A model generated the notes under the pieces. The model was not told the DNA's origin. It did not search any database and saw only the letters and a list, made by a program, of their open reading frames with translations. The position numbers were made by a program, and so were the translations under genes. Positions 1-8,476 of a stretch of DNA of 64,000 bases are shown here, piece after piece (positions within the stretch are counted from its first letter, which is position 1; each line of letters starts with the position of its first letter). Source of the DNA: Clostridiales bacterium. Its GTDB lineage: Bacteria > Bacillota > Clostridia > Acetivibrionales > DTU013. Where the stretch lies: the NCBI GenBank assembly GCA_035378685.1, contig DAOSUL010000004.1, positions 3,562-67,561 of the forward strand, written 5' to 3'.

Positions 1-816
1 CTGGACAGCGCGAGGAAAACCAGCGGCAACGGTTTTTACTACCTCCGCGGCGATATAGCTAGACTGCATTCGGCGATCCTGACCTATGCACGGGATTTCA
101 TGATAGACAGGGGATTCACCTACTACATCCCGCCGTTCATGATCCGCAGCGAAGTCGTCACCGGCGTCATGAGCTTTGCCGAAATGGAAAACATGATGTA
201 CAAAATCGAGGGTGAAGACCTGTATCTCATCGGCACCAGTGAGCATTCGATGATCGGCAAGTTCATCGATACTATCATCGACGAGGAGCAGCTGCCGCAG
301 GCACTGACCAGCTATTCACCCTGCTTCCGCAAGGAGGTAGGCGCCCACGGCATAGAGGAACGGGGCGTATACCGCATCCACCAGTTCGAAAAGCAGGAAA
401 TGGTCGTTGTCTGCAAGCCGGAGGAAAGCATGGAATGGTTCAGGAAGATGTACCGGATAACCGTGGACTTCTTCCGCACGCTGGATATCCCTGTCCGCGT
501 CATCGAGTGCTGCTCCGGGGACCTTGCCGATCTGAAGGTCAAAAGCGTCGACGTCGAGGCATGGTCGCCGCGCCAGCAGAAATACTTTGAAGTGGGAAGC
601 TGTTCAAACCTCGGCGACGCACAGGCCCGCCGCCTGAGGATCCGCGTGCGCAGCAAGGAAAAAGGCAACTATCATCCGCATACACTGAATAATACAGTTG
701 TGGCTCCGCCGCGCATGTTAATAGCATTCCTCGAGAACAACCTGAACGAGGACGGCTCTGTCCGCATCCCGGAACCGCTTCGGATGTACATGGGCGGCAA
801 GGAACTGATTAAGTAA
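1..816 (+). CDS. serS: seryl-tRNA synthetase, C-terminal part (5' end lies outside the window)
   Basis: Frame 1 is open from base 1 (LDSARKTSGNGFYYLRGDIARL...) and runs into the listed ORF. Class II SerRS-like motifs: TSEHSM, FRKEVGAHG, RGVYRIHQFEKQE, GSCSNLGDAQARRL. TAA stop at 814-816. Confidence 0.95.
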   Translation: MDSARKTSGNGFYYLRGDIARLHSAILTYARDFMIDRGFTYYIPPFMIRSEVVTGVMSFAEMENMMYKIEGEDLYLIGTSEHSMIGKFIDTIIDEEQLPQALTSYSPCFRKEVGAHGIEERGVYRIHQFEKQEMVVVCKPEESMEWFRKMYRITVDFFRTLDIPVRVIECCSGDLADLKVKSVDVEAWSPRQQKYFEVGSCSNLGDAQARRLRIRVRSKEKGNYHPHTLNNTVVAPPRMLIAFLENNLNEDGSVRIPEPLRMYMGGKELIK

Positions 817-949
817 GAAAGGCGCCAGGCACGCCGGTTTGAGACTTGGGGATGGTTCTCCTGTCTCGGCCGCAGGGCGAGAGAACCGCTGCTATGTCTC
901 CCAAATATAACCTACTGGCGTGCCCGGCACCCGGAAACAGGAGGGTATT

Positions 950-1543
950 ATGCCGGGGTCAATGATACACCTGCTTGTGGCGCATAAAATCGATCCTGCC
1001 CGCAGTACATTGTATTATGTGGGGAATATTGCGCCGGATGCAGTAACTGCGTGGAAAGAAAAAGATAAAACCCATTTCCGCGATCTTGCAGACAGGAGCG
1101 GGGCCCTGGCTGCTCTTGCGGCCCGTACGCCAGCAGGCGACGATTTTGCTGAAGGGATATTGCTGCATCTGTATACGGACTGGCGGTGGGATGTGCTTGC
1201 CCGGGATGAGTTCATAAAAACCGCAGGCAGCGACTGGTTCAGCCAATACCGCTATGAACTCAGCCTTGCCAGCAATTATGCCTTTCACGGTACCGACTGG
1301 GCAATGGAAATCTGGGACAGGATCTGTCAGTGCGAAATATCGGAATATGGCGAAATACCTGGTGCTACCGCCGATGAACTGAGGGATTTCATCAGCCGCA
1401 GCTGCAGCTGGTACATGGAAAATAAAACAGGGGCGTCATCCTCGTTCACACCGGAGTTCGTCGAACGCTTTGTCAATGAGATAGCGGATGAATACATCCG
1501 GTGGCGGAATGACAACCCCTGTATTTTGGCCTGCCCCGGGTGA
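950..1543 (+). CDS. hypothetical protein; the N-terminal MIHLLVAH motif is reminiscent of zinc-dependent phospholipase C-like hydrolases, but function is uncertain
   Basis: ORF 920..1543. ATG at 950 follows AGGAGGG by 5 nt. No family-defining motifs that I can assert. Confidence 0.55.
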   Translation: MPGSMIHLLVAHKIDPARSTLYYVGNIAPDAVTAWKEKDKTHFRDLADRSGALAALAARTPAGDDFAEGILLHLYTDWRWDVLARDEFIKTAGSDWFSQYRYELSLASNYAFHGTDWAMEIWDRICQCEISEYGEIPGATADELRDFISRSCSWYMENKTGASSSFTPEFVERFVNEIADEYIRWRNDNPCILACPG

Positions 1544-1608
1544 GACCGGTGAAGCAATCGGCGAAACTGCTATATGTGGGGAATCGCCACTGGGAGTTGC
1601 CTGCCTGG

Positions 1609-2613
1609 TCAACGTGATTTTTCCCTGTCTGCTATGCTGCAGATTATACTGCCCAGGGTGTCGCCACTCAAAAATGGGGCCAAACTGCTGAAAATACCTG
1701 CATCTATATTATCTGCCGGTATTTTTCTGATGGCTTTCAGGATTCCGTCTTCGCCAAGGAATGGAGCGATGGAAACCAACAACCCGGTACTGATGCTTCC
1801 CTCTGCCATTTTATCGATCAGTCTGCAGAGAGCTCTCTCGCCGAGGAAGGGCGCGAGACTGGTAAGCAGGTTCTCATTGAGATCATTGGAAGCGATTTTG
1901 TCTATAATATTGTCAAAATCATTCTCATCCAAAAATGGGGCTATCGAAGTCAGGATGCCGGGGTCGATGGTTCCGTCGGCAGCTTTTCCAACAAGCTTGC
2001 TGAGAGTTTTACTGCCCAGGAAGGGAGCAAGCGCAGGTAACGGGAAACTGTCCACATTTCCTTCAGGTATTTTGTCGACCAGTTTATCGAGATCATCCTC
2101 ATCAAGGAACGGTGCTATGCCTGTAAGATGCTGCGCATTGACCGAACCATCTGTGATGCGGTCGATAAGCCTGGAAAGTGCATTTTTGCTTAAAAAGGGT
2201 GCCAGGCTGACCAATTGCTCCATACTGATACCGTCCAGCTTATCTGAAACATTATCTATAACACTTGGCTTTACGACAGGCGCAAGATCCACGATATCCA
2301 GCAGGTTTGCCTCTCCTTCATTGATCATCTGTGCGACACTGTCAGGATCATTATGTGCGATCAGTTCAGCAACTGTATTCGTGCTCTCCTTTTGCCCTGC
2401 TGAGCTGCCTCCCATGAGGATATTATCGATGCTTACGCCGAAGATTTCACTAAGCTTCGGGAGCAGACCGATATCAGGCATCGATTCGCCCCTTTCCCAT
2501 TTTGAAACTGCCTGATGGCTCACATTCAGCATATCGGCCAGTTCAATCTGCGTCATGTCCTTCTCTTTGCGCAGATGCGATATGTAAGTCCCTGTCTTCC
2601 TAATATCCAGCAT
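1609..2613 (-). CDS. XRE-family HTH transcriptional regulator with eight C-terminal 29-residue tandem repeats
   Basis: N-terminus MTQIELADMLNVSHQAVSKWERGESMPDIGLLPKLSEIFGVSID is a classic HTH_3 domain. C-terminus carries a 29-aa period containing (L/I)APFL. Confidence 0.85.
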   Translation of the reverse strand: MLDIRKTGTYISHLRKEKDMTQIELADMLNVSHQAVSKWERGESMPDIGLLPKLSEIFGVSIDNILMGGSSAGQKESTNTVAELIAHNDPDSVAQMINEGEANLLDIVDLAPVVKPSVIDNVSDKLDGISMEQLVSLAPFLSKNALSRLIDRITDGSVNAQHLTGIAPFLDEDDLDKLVDKIPEGNVDSFPLPALAPFLGSKTLSKLVGKAADGTIDPGILTSIAPFLDENDFDNIIDKIASNDLNENLLTSLAPFLGERALCRLIDKMAEGSISTGLLVSIAPFLGEDGILKAIRKIPADNIDAGIFSSLAPFLSGDTLGSIICSIADREKSR

Positions 2614-2908
2614 AAATCCATCACTCCCGGAAATTATTCCTGCCAGTGCGCACTGCCCGATTCCAAGATATCATGGCTGATAATCCGGGTCAATCAATCG
2701 CTGGTTGCACTGCTTTGCAACAAGATGCCATCTGGCATGCCAGGCGTCACGGAAGCAAATAGAATATTCAACTGCCGGTTGCAGGGCGACGTCCGGGCAT
2801 ATGTAAATTTTTCAATCCAGGCGGCAAACAAATACATGAAAAAGCAAGTATGATATAATGTAGTTCGATTGCTTAAAACTCTGATGAAGCGGATGGTTGG
2901 TGACAACA

Positions 2909-3283
2909 ATGTTTGACATGTTTTTTGACATTTTCCCGGTACTTTTTGGCTTTGGATTTGTCATGGTCTTGATCCTTATTGCCGTAACGGTATTCAGGGG
3001 TATAGCTGAGTGGAACAGGAACAACAACTCCCCGGTACTGACGGTGGATGCCAGGGTAGTGGCCAAAAGGACGAGCGTGTCGCATCACCACCGTGGCGGT
3101 GATATGCGCCATCATCACACCAGTACGTCATACTATGTGACATTCGAGTTTGAAAGCGGCGACAGGCTGGAACTGCACGTGCCGCATCATGAGTTCGGGT
3201 ATCTTGTCGAAGGTGATATGGGCAGGCTGACTTTCCAGGGTACCAGGTACAAAGGCTTTGAGAGGTTCGGGGAGCCGCTGTGA
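2909..3283 (+). CDS. DUF2500 (YhhM-like) single-pass membrane protein
   Basis: N-terminal TM helix, then the pattern NNSPVLTVDARVV...YYVTFEFESGDRLELHV...GRLTFQGTRYKGFE, collinear with E. coli YhhM as I recall it. ATG at 2909 lies inside ORF 2897..3283. An extended -10 (TGATATAAT) sits at 2851-2859. Confidence 0.75.
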   Translation: MFDMFFDIFPVLFGFGFVMVLILIAVTVFRGIAEWNRNNNSPVLTVDARVVAKRTSVSHHHRGGDMRHHHTSTSYYVTFEFESGDRLELHVPHHEFGYLVEGDMGRLTFQGTRYKGFERFGEPL

Positions 3284-3757
3284 GCAGCCGGCAGCCTCTG
3301 TGCTCCCTTGAAGCTGAAAGTACCTTCGTCAGGCAGTGAATACTGATCAATGAAGCTAACAGAAAATATGGTTTGCAGGTGTAAATTCCGCTGTCCATGA
3401 ATTGGGGGCGGTATTTATTTTATCGATGAGGCCTGGCAATACCGGATCGCATAATGCCCCGCTGTAATACTGCTGTTCTCTTTGGTATAATACGGGTATG
3501 TTCGGAACTTTGACAAATGGCTGATATAATCTGCCGTACAAAAAGATCAGATCCATTTTCCGGCTCATCTGTCCATATTTCCGGAGATGCTGCCAGCCGT
3601 TCCTGTTTTCAGATTTGCCCGGTATGGGAGTGAGGCAGATCTGCATGTCCGGTGTTCAGCGGTACGGTTGCCTGCAGACCAGGTATTTTAATCCCGGACA
3701 GCTGCTGCCGCTTATAAATACACCATGCAATACAGAATCGAAATGAGGTGTCAGGAT

Positions 3758-5275
3758 ATGAAGTACTTATTGGCGCACGATCTTGGAACATCGGGTAACA
3801 AAGCAACACTGTACACAGTCGAAGGACAGTTGGTAAAAAGCATTGTCTATCCCTACACAACGTACTACTTTAACGGCAACTGGGCCGAACAGGATGCGGA
3901 TGACTGGTGGAAAGCCGTTTGCCAGACAACGAAAGAGATATTGAAAGGAATCGACAGCGATGATGTTGCTGTTGTCTCCTTCAGCGGCCAGATGATGGGG
4001 TGCCTGTGCGTGGACAGGGACGGGAAACCTCTCAGGAGGTCGATCATCTGGGCGGACCAAAGGGCAGTAAGGGAAATGAACGAAGTAAAGGAAAAGATCG
4101 GGGCAGACCGGTTTTATAAGATCACAGGCCATCCGATCAGCGTTTCCTATTCACTTCAGAAGTTGATGTGGATAAAAAACAATGAGCCGGAAATCTACTC
4201 AAACACATATAAGATACTGAACGCCAAGGACTATATCATCTACAAGCTGACAGGCAGGTATGTGACGGATTACTCCGACGGTTCGGGAACCAATATGGTC
4301 GACCTCGAAAAGCTCGAGTGGTCTGATGAGATCATCACCACTATGGGAATCGACGGGGACAAACTGCCTGAATTGAGAGAATCCACTTATGTAGCAGGCA
4401 ATGTAACCAGGGAGGCTGCAGATGCGACAGGATTGTCGCAGGATACACTGGTCGTCTGCGGCGGGGGCGACGGAGTATGTGCCGCTATAGGCGCAGGATG
4501 CATAAAACCGGGCGTCACCTACAATGTCATAGGTTCTTCATCCTGGATTTCGCTAACCACTGAAAACCCGATCTATGACAGCCGGATGAGGACATTCAAC
4601 TGGGCCCATATCGTTCCTGGGTATTTTCTGCCGTGCGGGAGCATGCAGGCTGCCGGCGTATCCTATAGCTGGCTGAAGAATGTGATATGCACCGGCGAAG
4701 CAGCTGAGGCGGAAAAGCTTGGGATCAGTCCGTACCAGCTGATGGACGGGGAAGCGGAAAAAACTCCTGCAGGGGCCCGCGGGCTGATATTCCTGCCGTA
4801 CCTTCTCGGGGAGAGAAGCCCCTGGTGGAATCCGAATGCACGGGGAGCTTTCATCGGGCTGACAGCCGCACACAGGCGTGAAGACATGATCAGGGCTGTC
4901 CTGGAGGGGATAACCCTTAACCTGAATGTCATACTGGATGTGTTCAGACAGCATGCTGATATAAAAGAAGTCATTGCGATCGGAGGCGGTGCCAGGGGGA
5001 AATTCTGGCGCCAGATCATGGCTGATGTGTACGGGCTGAAAATACTGAAGCCGAATTACCTGGAGGAGGCCACTTCCATGGGTGCGGCAATAACCGGCGG
5101 AGTAGGCGTCGGGATTTATAAAAACTTTGACGTCATTGACCGGTTCATCCGGATAGAGGAAGAGCATCTGCCCACAGAAGAGAATCACAGGATATATCAG
5201 GAACTGATGCCTGTATTTGAAGAGAGTTATAATTCTCTGGTCAGTATTTATGAAAAGCTTTCAGCCCTGGGATGA
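3758..5275 (+). CDS. FGGY-family carbohydrate kinase (xylulokinase-like)
   Basis: MKYLLAHDLGTSGNKATLY N-terminal FGGY motif, GGGDGVCAAIGAG, and C-terminal GGGARGKFWRQIMADV. About 505 aa. Confidence 0.9.
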   Translation: MKYLLAHDLGTSGNKATLYTVEGQLVKSIVYPYTTYYFNGNWAEQDADDWWKAVCQTTKEILKGIDSDDVAVVSFSGQMMGCLCVDRDGKPLRRSIIWADQRAVREMNEVKEKIGADRFYKITGHPISVSYSLQKLMWIKNNEPEIYSNTYKILNAKDYIIYKLTGRYVTDYSDGSGTNMVDLEKLEWSDEIITTMGIDGDKLPELRESTYVAGNVTREAADATGLSQDTLVVCGGGDGVCAAIGAGCIKPGVTYNVIGSSSWISLTTENPIYDSRMRTFNWAHIVPGYFLPCGSMQAAGVSYSWLKNVICTGEAAEAEKLGISPYQLMDGEAEKTPAGARGLIFLPYLLGERSPWWNPNARGAFIGLTAAHRREDMIRAVLEGITLNLNVILDVFRQHADIKEVIAIGGGARGKFWRQIMADVYGLKILKPNYLEEATSMGAAITGGVGVGIYKNFDVIDRFIRIEEEHLPTEENHRIYQELMPVFEESYNSLVSIYEKLSALG

Positions 5276-5512
5276 GGACTGCATTCGTTATAAAATAACC
5301 GGACAGAACCATGCCCATCGTGTCACTTGGTTATCCGACAAACTATAGTCACTGCGACCGCTTTGACCCGCCGGGGATCCACAGGGAAAGAATGCAGGGA
5401 TGGCCGGCCTTCAGTGGTCTGTAAATCCGGAATAACCGGGAAAGGCAATGGGATCATTACTGGCACAATTTCACCGATCCGGGTGTTTCAGGCGGGAGCG
5501 TTACATCAGGAA

Positions 5513-5547
5513 GGCAGTTATTTATGGACATATATAACTGCCTTTTT
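5513..5547 (+). terminator. intrinsic terminator-like hairpin
   Basis: GGCAGTTAT (5513-5521) pairs with ATAACTGCC (5534-5542), followed by TTTTT. Confidence 0.6.
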
Positions 5548-5559
5548 GCCTGTATACTC

Positions 5560-5589
5560 TTGTAATCTGAAGTCATCTTATGGTATCAT
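5560..5589 (+). promoter_or_regulatory. sigma-A-type promoter with extended -10
   Basis: TTGTAA (5560-5565), 18-nt spacer, TGgTATCAT (5581-5589). Confidence 0.45.
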
Positions 5590-5595
5590 ATGCGT

Positions 5596-5864
5596 GTCAT
5601 TACTGCCGAAAGGCAGAAACGAAAGGCGTACGGTTTTATGATAGCATCTGGGAATGCTGCATAATCATAAAACTGAATAGTGGCAGAGCAGGATACCTGT
5701 TTGCATCACTAAAAACCGGTGGTCAGTATTGCTGTTTGCCGATATTGATGCAAATGGCCAGTGTCCTTAATGTGACAGGACGCTTTGTTTTGCTTTGCCG
5801 TATCATGTAGCCTTCCGTTAATATTGCAGCACATTTGAAGCACATCGGAAAGGTGTGCTTTTTT
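5596..5864 (+). ncRNA. candidate structured RNA or attenuator leader (unclassified)
   Basis: Lies between the promoter above and a terminator. Hairpins: CTGCC-GAAA-GGCAG (5603-5616); TTTTATGAT/AGCAT...ATGCT/ATCATAAAA (5634-5672); TTTGCATCA...TGATGCAAA (5700-5754). No convincing ORF. Confidence 0.3.
5838..5864 (+). terminator. intrinsic terminator
   Basis: AAGCACA (5838-5844) pairs with TGTGCTT (5854-5860), followed by a T-run to 5864. Confidence 0.7.
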
Positions 5865-5905
5865 GTACGCATCCAAATCCGTAAACTGACAGATCTGTAC
5901 ATTGG

Positions 5906-5955
5906 CCGCGGTTTGCAGCGCTGAACGAAGGCTGCATCCCGCGGTATTTTATTTT
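5906..5955 (+). terminator. second terminator-like hairpin
   Basis: CCGCGG (5906-5911) and inner GCAGC/GCTGC pair with CCGCGG (5939-5944), followed by TATTTTATTTT. Confidence 0.5.
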
Positions 5956-6079
5956 AACAGAATAATACAGATTTGAAACCGAAAGGAGTTGTGTTTTATG
6001 AGAGCGGCTTTTTGCAGCCGGACCACGAAAACCGCAGAAGTAATGTCAAATTTTAAGCTGATAATGGAGGTAGCTGAAC

Positions 6080-7573
6080 TTGAATCTTACAGATTATGGA
6101 TTTACCCCGGCAATGATGCCGGAAAACGAAAGCGGGACTCCTGCCCGGGTCATATCTGTATACAGGGAACGTTATGAACTTGTATGTGAACATGGACCGG
6201 TTTACGGAGTACTCAAACCGGCCGTGTATTTCCACAATGGGGCAGAGAGCATCCCGGCTGTGGGCGATTTTGTGCTGATCAACTACAATCCGTATGGTGA
6301 CAGCCAGATCACGAAAACGCTTGAGCGGAAATCGTTCTTTTCAAGGCGCGATCCCACGCCCGGCCGTGGCGAACAGGCAGTTGCCGCCAACTTTGATTAT
6401 GTTTTTATCATGCAGTCGCTGAACGACGATTTCAACATCAGAAGGCTTGAGAGATATGTGACTCTCGCCTGGCAGTCAGGGGGGATACCTGTGGTCATCC
6501 TGAACAAGGCTGATTTGGCAGGTGACTGTTCCGACAAGGTCAGGGCGGCTGAGAAAGTCGCCAGGAATGCGGCAGTTTATGCGATAAGTGTGAAGACAGG
6601 ATATGGGTTCGATGCCCTCAGTGAATACCTGAAGCCACGGAAGACCATTGTTTTGCTGGGTTCGTCCGGTGTCGGCAAATCGAGTTTCGTAAACGCATTG
6701 GCCGGCAGAGATATCATGGCTGTGAATGAAATACGCGAAGCGGACTCGAAAGGCCGCCATACAACTACTCATCGGCAGCTGATCATGCTTGACAGCGGAG
6801 CGATGGTGATCGATACTCCGGGAATGCGTGAGCTTGGCATGTGGGATGTCAGCAAGGGCCTTGGCGAAGCATTCGATGATGTGGAGCGCTGGCTGGGGCG
6901 CTGCAAATTCAGCGATTGCCGGCACCAGACCGAACCCGGCTGTGCAGTCAGGGAGGCCATCATGAGTGGTGAACTTCCGCGCGGGAGATGGGAGAGCTAC
7001 CTGAAGCTCAAGCAGGAAGCGAGATATGCCGATGACAAGGCTGGCTATTTGCAGGAGAAAAAGAGATGGGAGAAGAATATCTCAAAATATCACAGGCAGA
7101 TGCAGGGCAATGATATGCGCCACCGGCATGCAGACGCAGGACACCGGCATACTGCCCGTGCGGATCATCGGGATGCCGGTATGGTTGGCCGGCAGACAGC
7201 ATGCCTGGATTACAGGAATACGGCCTGCCATGAGAGCTTTACCTGCAAGGTCTGCGGTGAATTAGTCGTGCGGGAAGGAGCAGGCACCCAGCACCGCAAC
7301 CATTGCCCGAAATGCCTGTCCAGCCTGCATGTCGACAATGAGCCGGGGGATCGTGCTTCCCTGTGCAGGGGCATCATGGACCCGATCGGCGTATGGGTGC
7401 GAAAAAATGGCGAATGGGCAATCATTCACCGTTGCCGGGAATGCGGTGTACTAAGTTCGAACAGGATAGCCGCTGATGACAACCCTGCATTGCTGATGTC
7501 CATTGCAGTCAGGCCCCTGGCCTCACCGCCGTTCCCGCTGGCACAGCTGGAACAGGATTTCAGCAAACGCTGA
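6080..7573 (+). CDS. rsgA: ribosome small-subunit-dependent GTPase A fused to a C-terminal RNHCP domain
   Basis: TTG start 9 nt after GGAGG. Circularly permuted GTPase motifs: NKADL, GSSGVGKSS, DTPG. C-terminal zinc knuckle CKFSDCRHQTEPGC. Then a His/Arg/Asp-rich linker and FTCKVCG...HRNHCPKC...CRECG. Confidence 0.9.
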   Translation: MNLTDYGFTPAMMPENESGTPARVISVYRERYELVCEHGPVYGVLKPAVYFHNGAESIPAVGDFVLINYNPYGDSQITKTLERKSFFSRRDPTPGRGEQAVAANFDYVFIMQSLNDDFNIRRLERYVTLAWQSGGIPVVILNKADLAGDCSDKVRAAEKVARNAAVYAISVKTGYGFDALSEYLKPRKTIVLLGSSGVGKSSFVNALAGRDIMAVNEIREADSKGRHTTTHRQLIMLDSGAMVIDTPGMRELGMWDVSKGLGEAFDDVERWLGRCKFSDCRHQTEPGCAVREAIMSGELPRGRWESYLKLKQEARYADDKAGYLQEKKRWEKNISKYHRQMQGNDMRHRHADAGHRHTARADHRDAGMVGRQTACLDYRNTACHESFTCKVCGELVVREGAGTQHRNHCPKCLSSLHVDNEPGDRASLCRGIMDPIGVWVRKNGEWAIIHRCRECGVLSSNRIAADDNPALLMSIAVRPLASPPFPLAQLEQDFSKR

Positions 7574-7821
7574 AAGCCGATATGTAATCATGAAAGTGAA
7601 ATTGGTGCTTCAGGTTGTGAATATTACCATTCCGACACGCCCTGTACGGTCGCAAACCAGATCGCAATGCTCAAAAAGGCCGGATTTTCAACTACCGAAA
7701 TGGCTTGGCGCATGGAGAACACGACGTTCGTCGTCGCGAAAAAACAATGAGTACATGGTACGAAAAACATCGAGTGCCTGATATCAGGCATCTGATATGA
7801 GGCAAATAAGCTTAACGAAAT

Positions 7822-7851
7822 AAAAAAGCCTGGCAAACCCAGGCTTTTTTG
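7822..7851. terminator. bidirectional intrinsic terminator
   Basis: AAAAAAGCCTGGCAAACCCAGGCTTTTTTG: an A-run and a T-run flank a GCCTGG/CCAGGC stem. It directly follows the 3' end of tRNA-Ser on the minus strand. Confidence 0.8.
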
Positions 7852-7854
7852 CTT

Positions 7855-7943
7855 TGGCGGAGAGGGCGGGATTCGAACCCGCGTGTCGTTTCCGACAAAC
7901 TGATTTCGAGTCAGCCCCGTTATGACCACTTCGATACCTCTCC
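7855..7943 (-). tRNA. tRNA-Ser (anticodon CGA), long variable arm, CCA encoded
   Basis: Reverse complement is GGAGAGGTATCGAAGTGGTCATAACGGGGCTGACTCGAAATCAGTTTGTCGGAAACGACACGCGGGTTCGAATCCCGCCCTCTCCGCCA. Anticodon loop is CTCGAAA. Confidence 0.93.
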
Positions 7944-8002
7944 GTATATGAATTTGTGCTATTGTCTTCAATAGCCTAAAGATGACGCACCAGGCACCGC
8001 TT

Positions 8003-8476
8003 TTATCTGAGTCCTCTGAAGAACTCCTTCAGTATCGCGGAGCATTCCTGCTCCAGCACGCCCCAGACCACGTCGACCCTGTGGTTGAAAGCGCTTACCC
8101 TGAACACGTCGATCACTGAGCCTGCAGCTCCGGCCTTCAGGTCGGATGTACCGATGTACAGCGTCCTGATCCGTGACTGGATGATCGCACCTGCACACAT
8201 TGTACAGGGTTCAAGCGTAACATAAAGGTCGCAGTCTGTCAATCTCCATGTGCCCAACTTCCTGCATGCACGCCTGATTGCTGTCATTTCTGCGTGGAGC
8301 GTGGAATCGTTTTTCGACTCCCTTTCATTGTGGCCCCTGGCTATGATCTCGCCGTCCCTGACCACGACCGCTCCAACCGGTGCCTCGGCTTTTTTGCGGG
8401 CTTTCTCCGCCTCCCTCAGCGCCTCGGCCATGAATCTCTCATGTGTCAGGAGCTGACGGGCAGGTATATGCGCCAT
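8003..8476 (-). CDS. tadA: tRNA-specific adenosine deaminase
   Basis: HAEMTAI and PCTMCAGA zinc motifs. ATG at 8476 is preceded by GGAGG at 7 nt. The ORF track start at 8545 is probably too far upstream. Confidence 0.92.
   Translation of the reverse strand: MAHIPARQLLTHERFMAEALREAEKARKKAEAPVGAVVVRDGEIIARGHNERESKNDSTLHAEMTAIRRACRKLGTWRLTDCDLYVTLEPCTMCAGAIIQSRIRTLYIGTSDLKAGAAGSVIDVFRVSAFNHRVDVVWGVLEQECSAILKEFFRGLR

Noticed and set aside
1574-2515. Long ORFs antisense to real genes: 1574..2515 (+), 11862..12863 (-), 12043..12762 (-), 32015..32920 (-), 35672..36928 (-), 37351..38379 (-), 40765..41571 (-), 61542..62423 (-), 52879..53616 (-).
   Set aside because: Each lies entirely opposite a gene with clear family motifs, lacks an RBS, and has a low-complexity or Arg/Pro/His-rich translation typical of stop-poor antisense frames in GC-biased coding DNA.
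3356-3646. 96-aa minus-strand ORF between the DUF2500 gene and the FGGY kinase gene.
   Set aside because: No RBS before any of its ATGs and no motif I recognise. It could be a gene remnant, but I cannot support a call.
5596-5864. Assigning the structured region upstream of rsgA to a known RNA family (SRP/4.5S, 6S, tmRNA, RNase P, purine or ppGpp riboswitch).
   Set aside because: None of the conserved core sequences I remember for these families is present. It is kept only as an unclassified candidate.
7590-7781. 63-aa basic ORF (MKVKLVLQVVNITIPTRPVRSQ...) after rsgA.
   Set aside because: No RBS and an Arg/Ser-rich low-complexity composition. Likely non-coding.
7776-7791. Perfect 16-nt palindrome TGCCTGATATCAGGCA downstream of rsgA.
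   Set aside because: It has no loop and no U-tract, so it is not a convincing terminator. There is no second copy or adjacent gene to suggest an operator. Noted only.
7855-8476. Functional link between tadA and the adjacent tRNA-Ser, or an SRP RNA downstream of tadA as in B. subtilis.
   Set aside because: The tRNA has anticodon CGA with no A34, so it is not a TadA substrate. The region downstream of tadA contains only the tRNA and a terminator, with no SRP RNA motifs.
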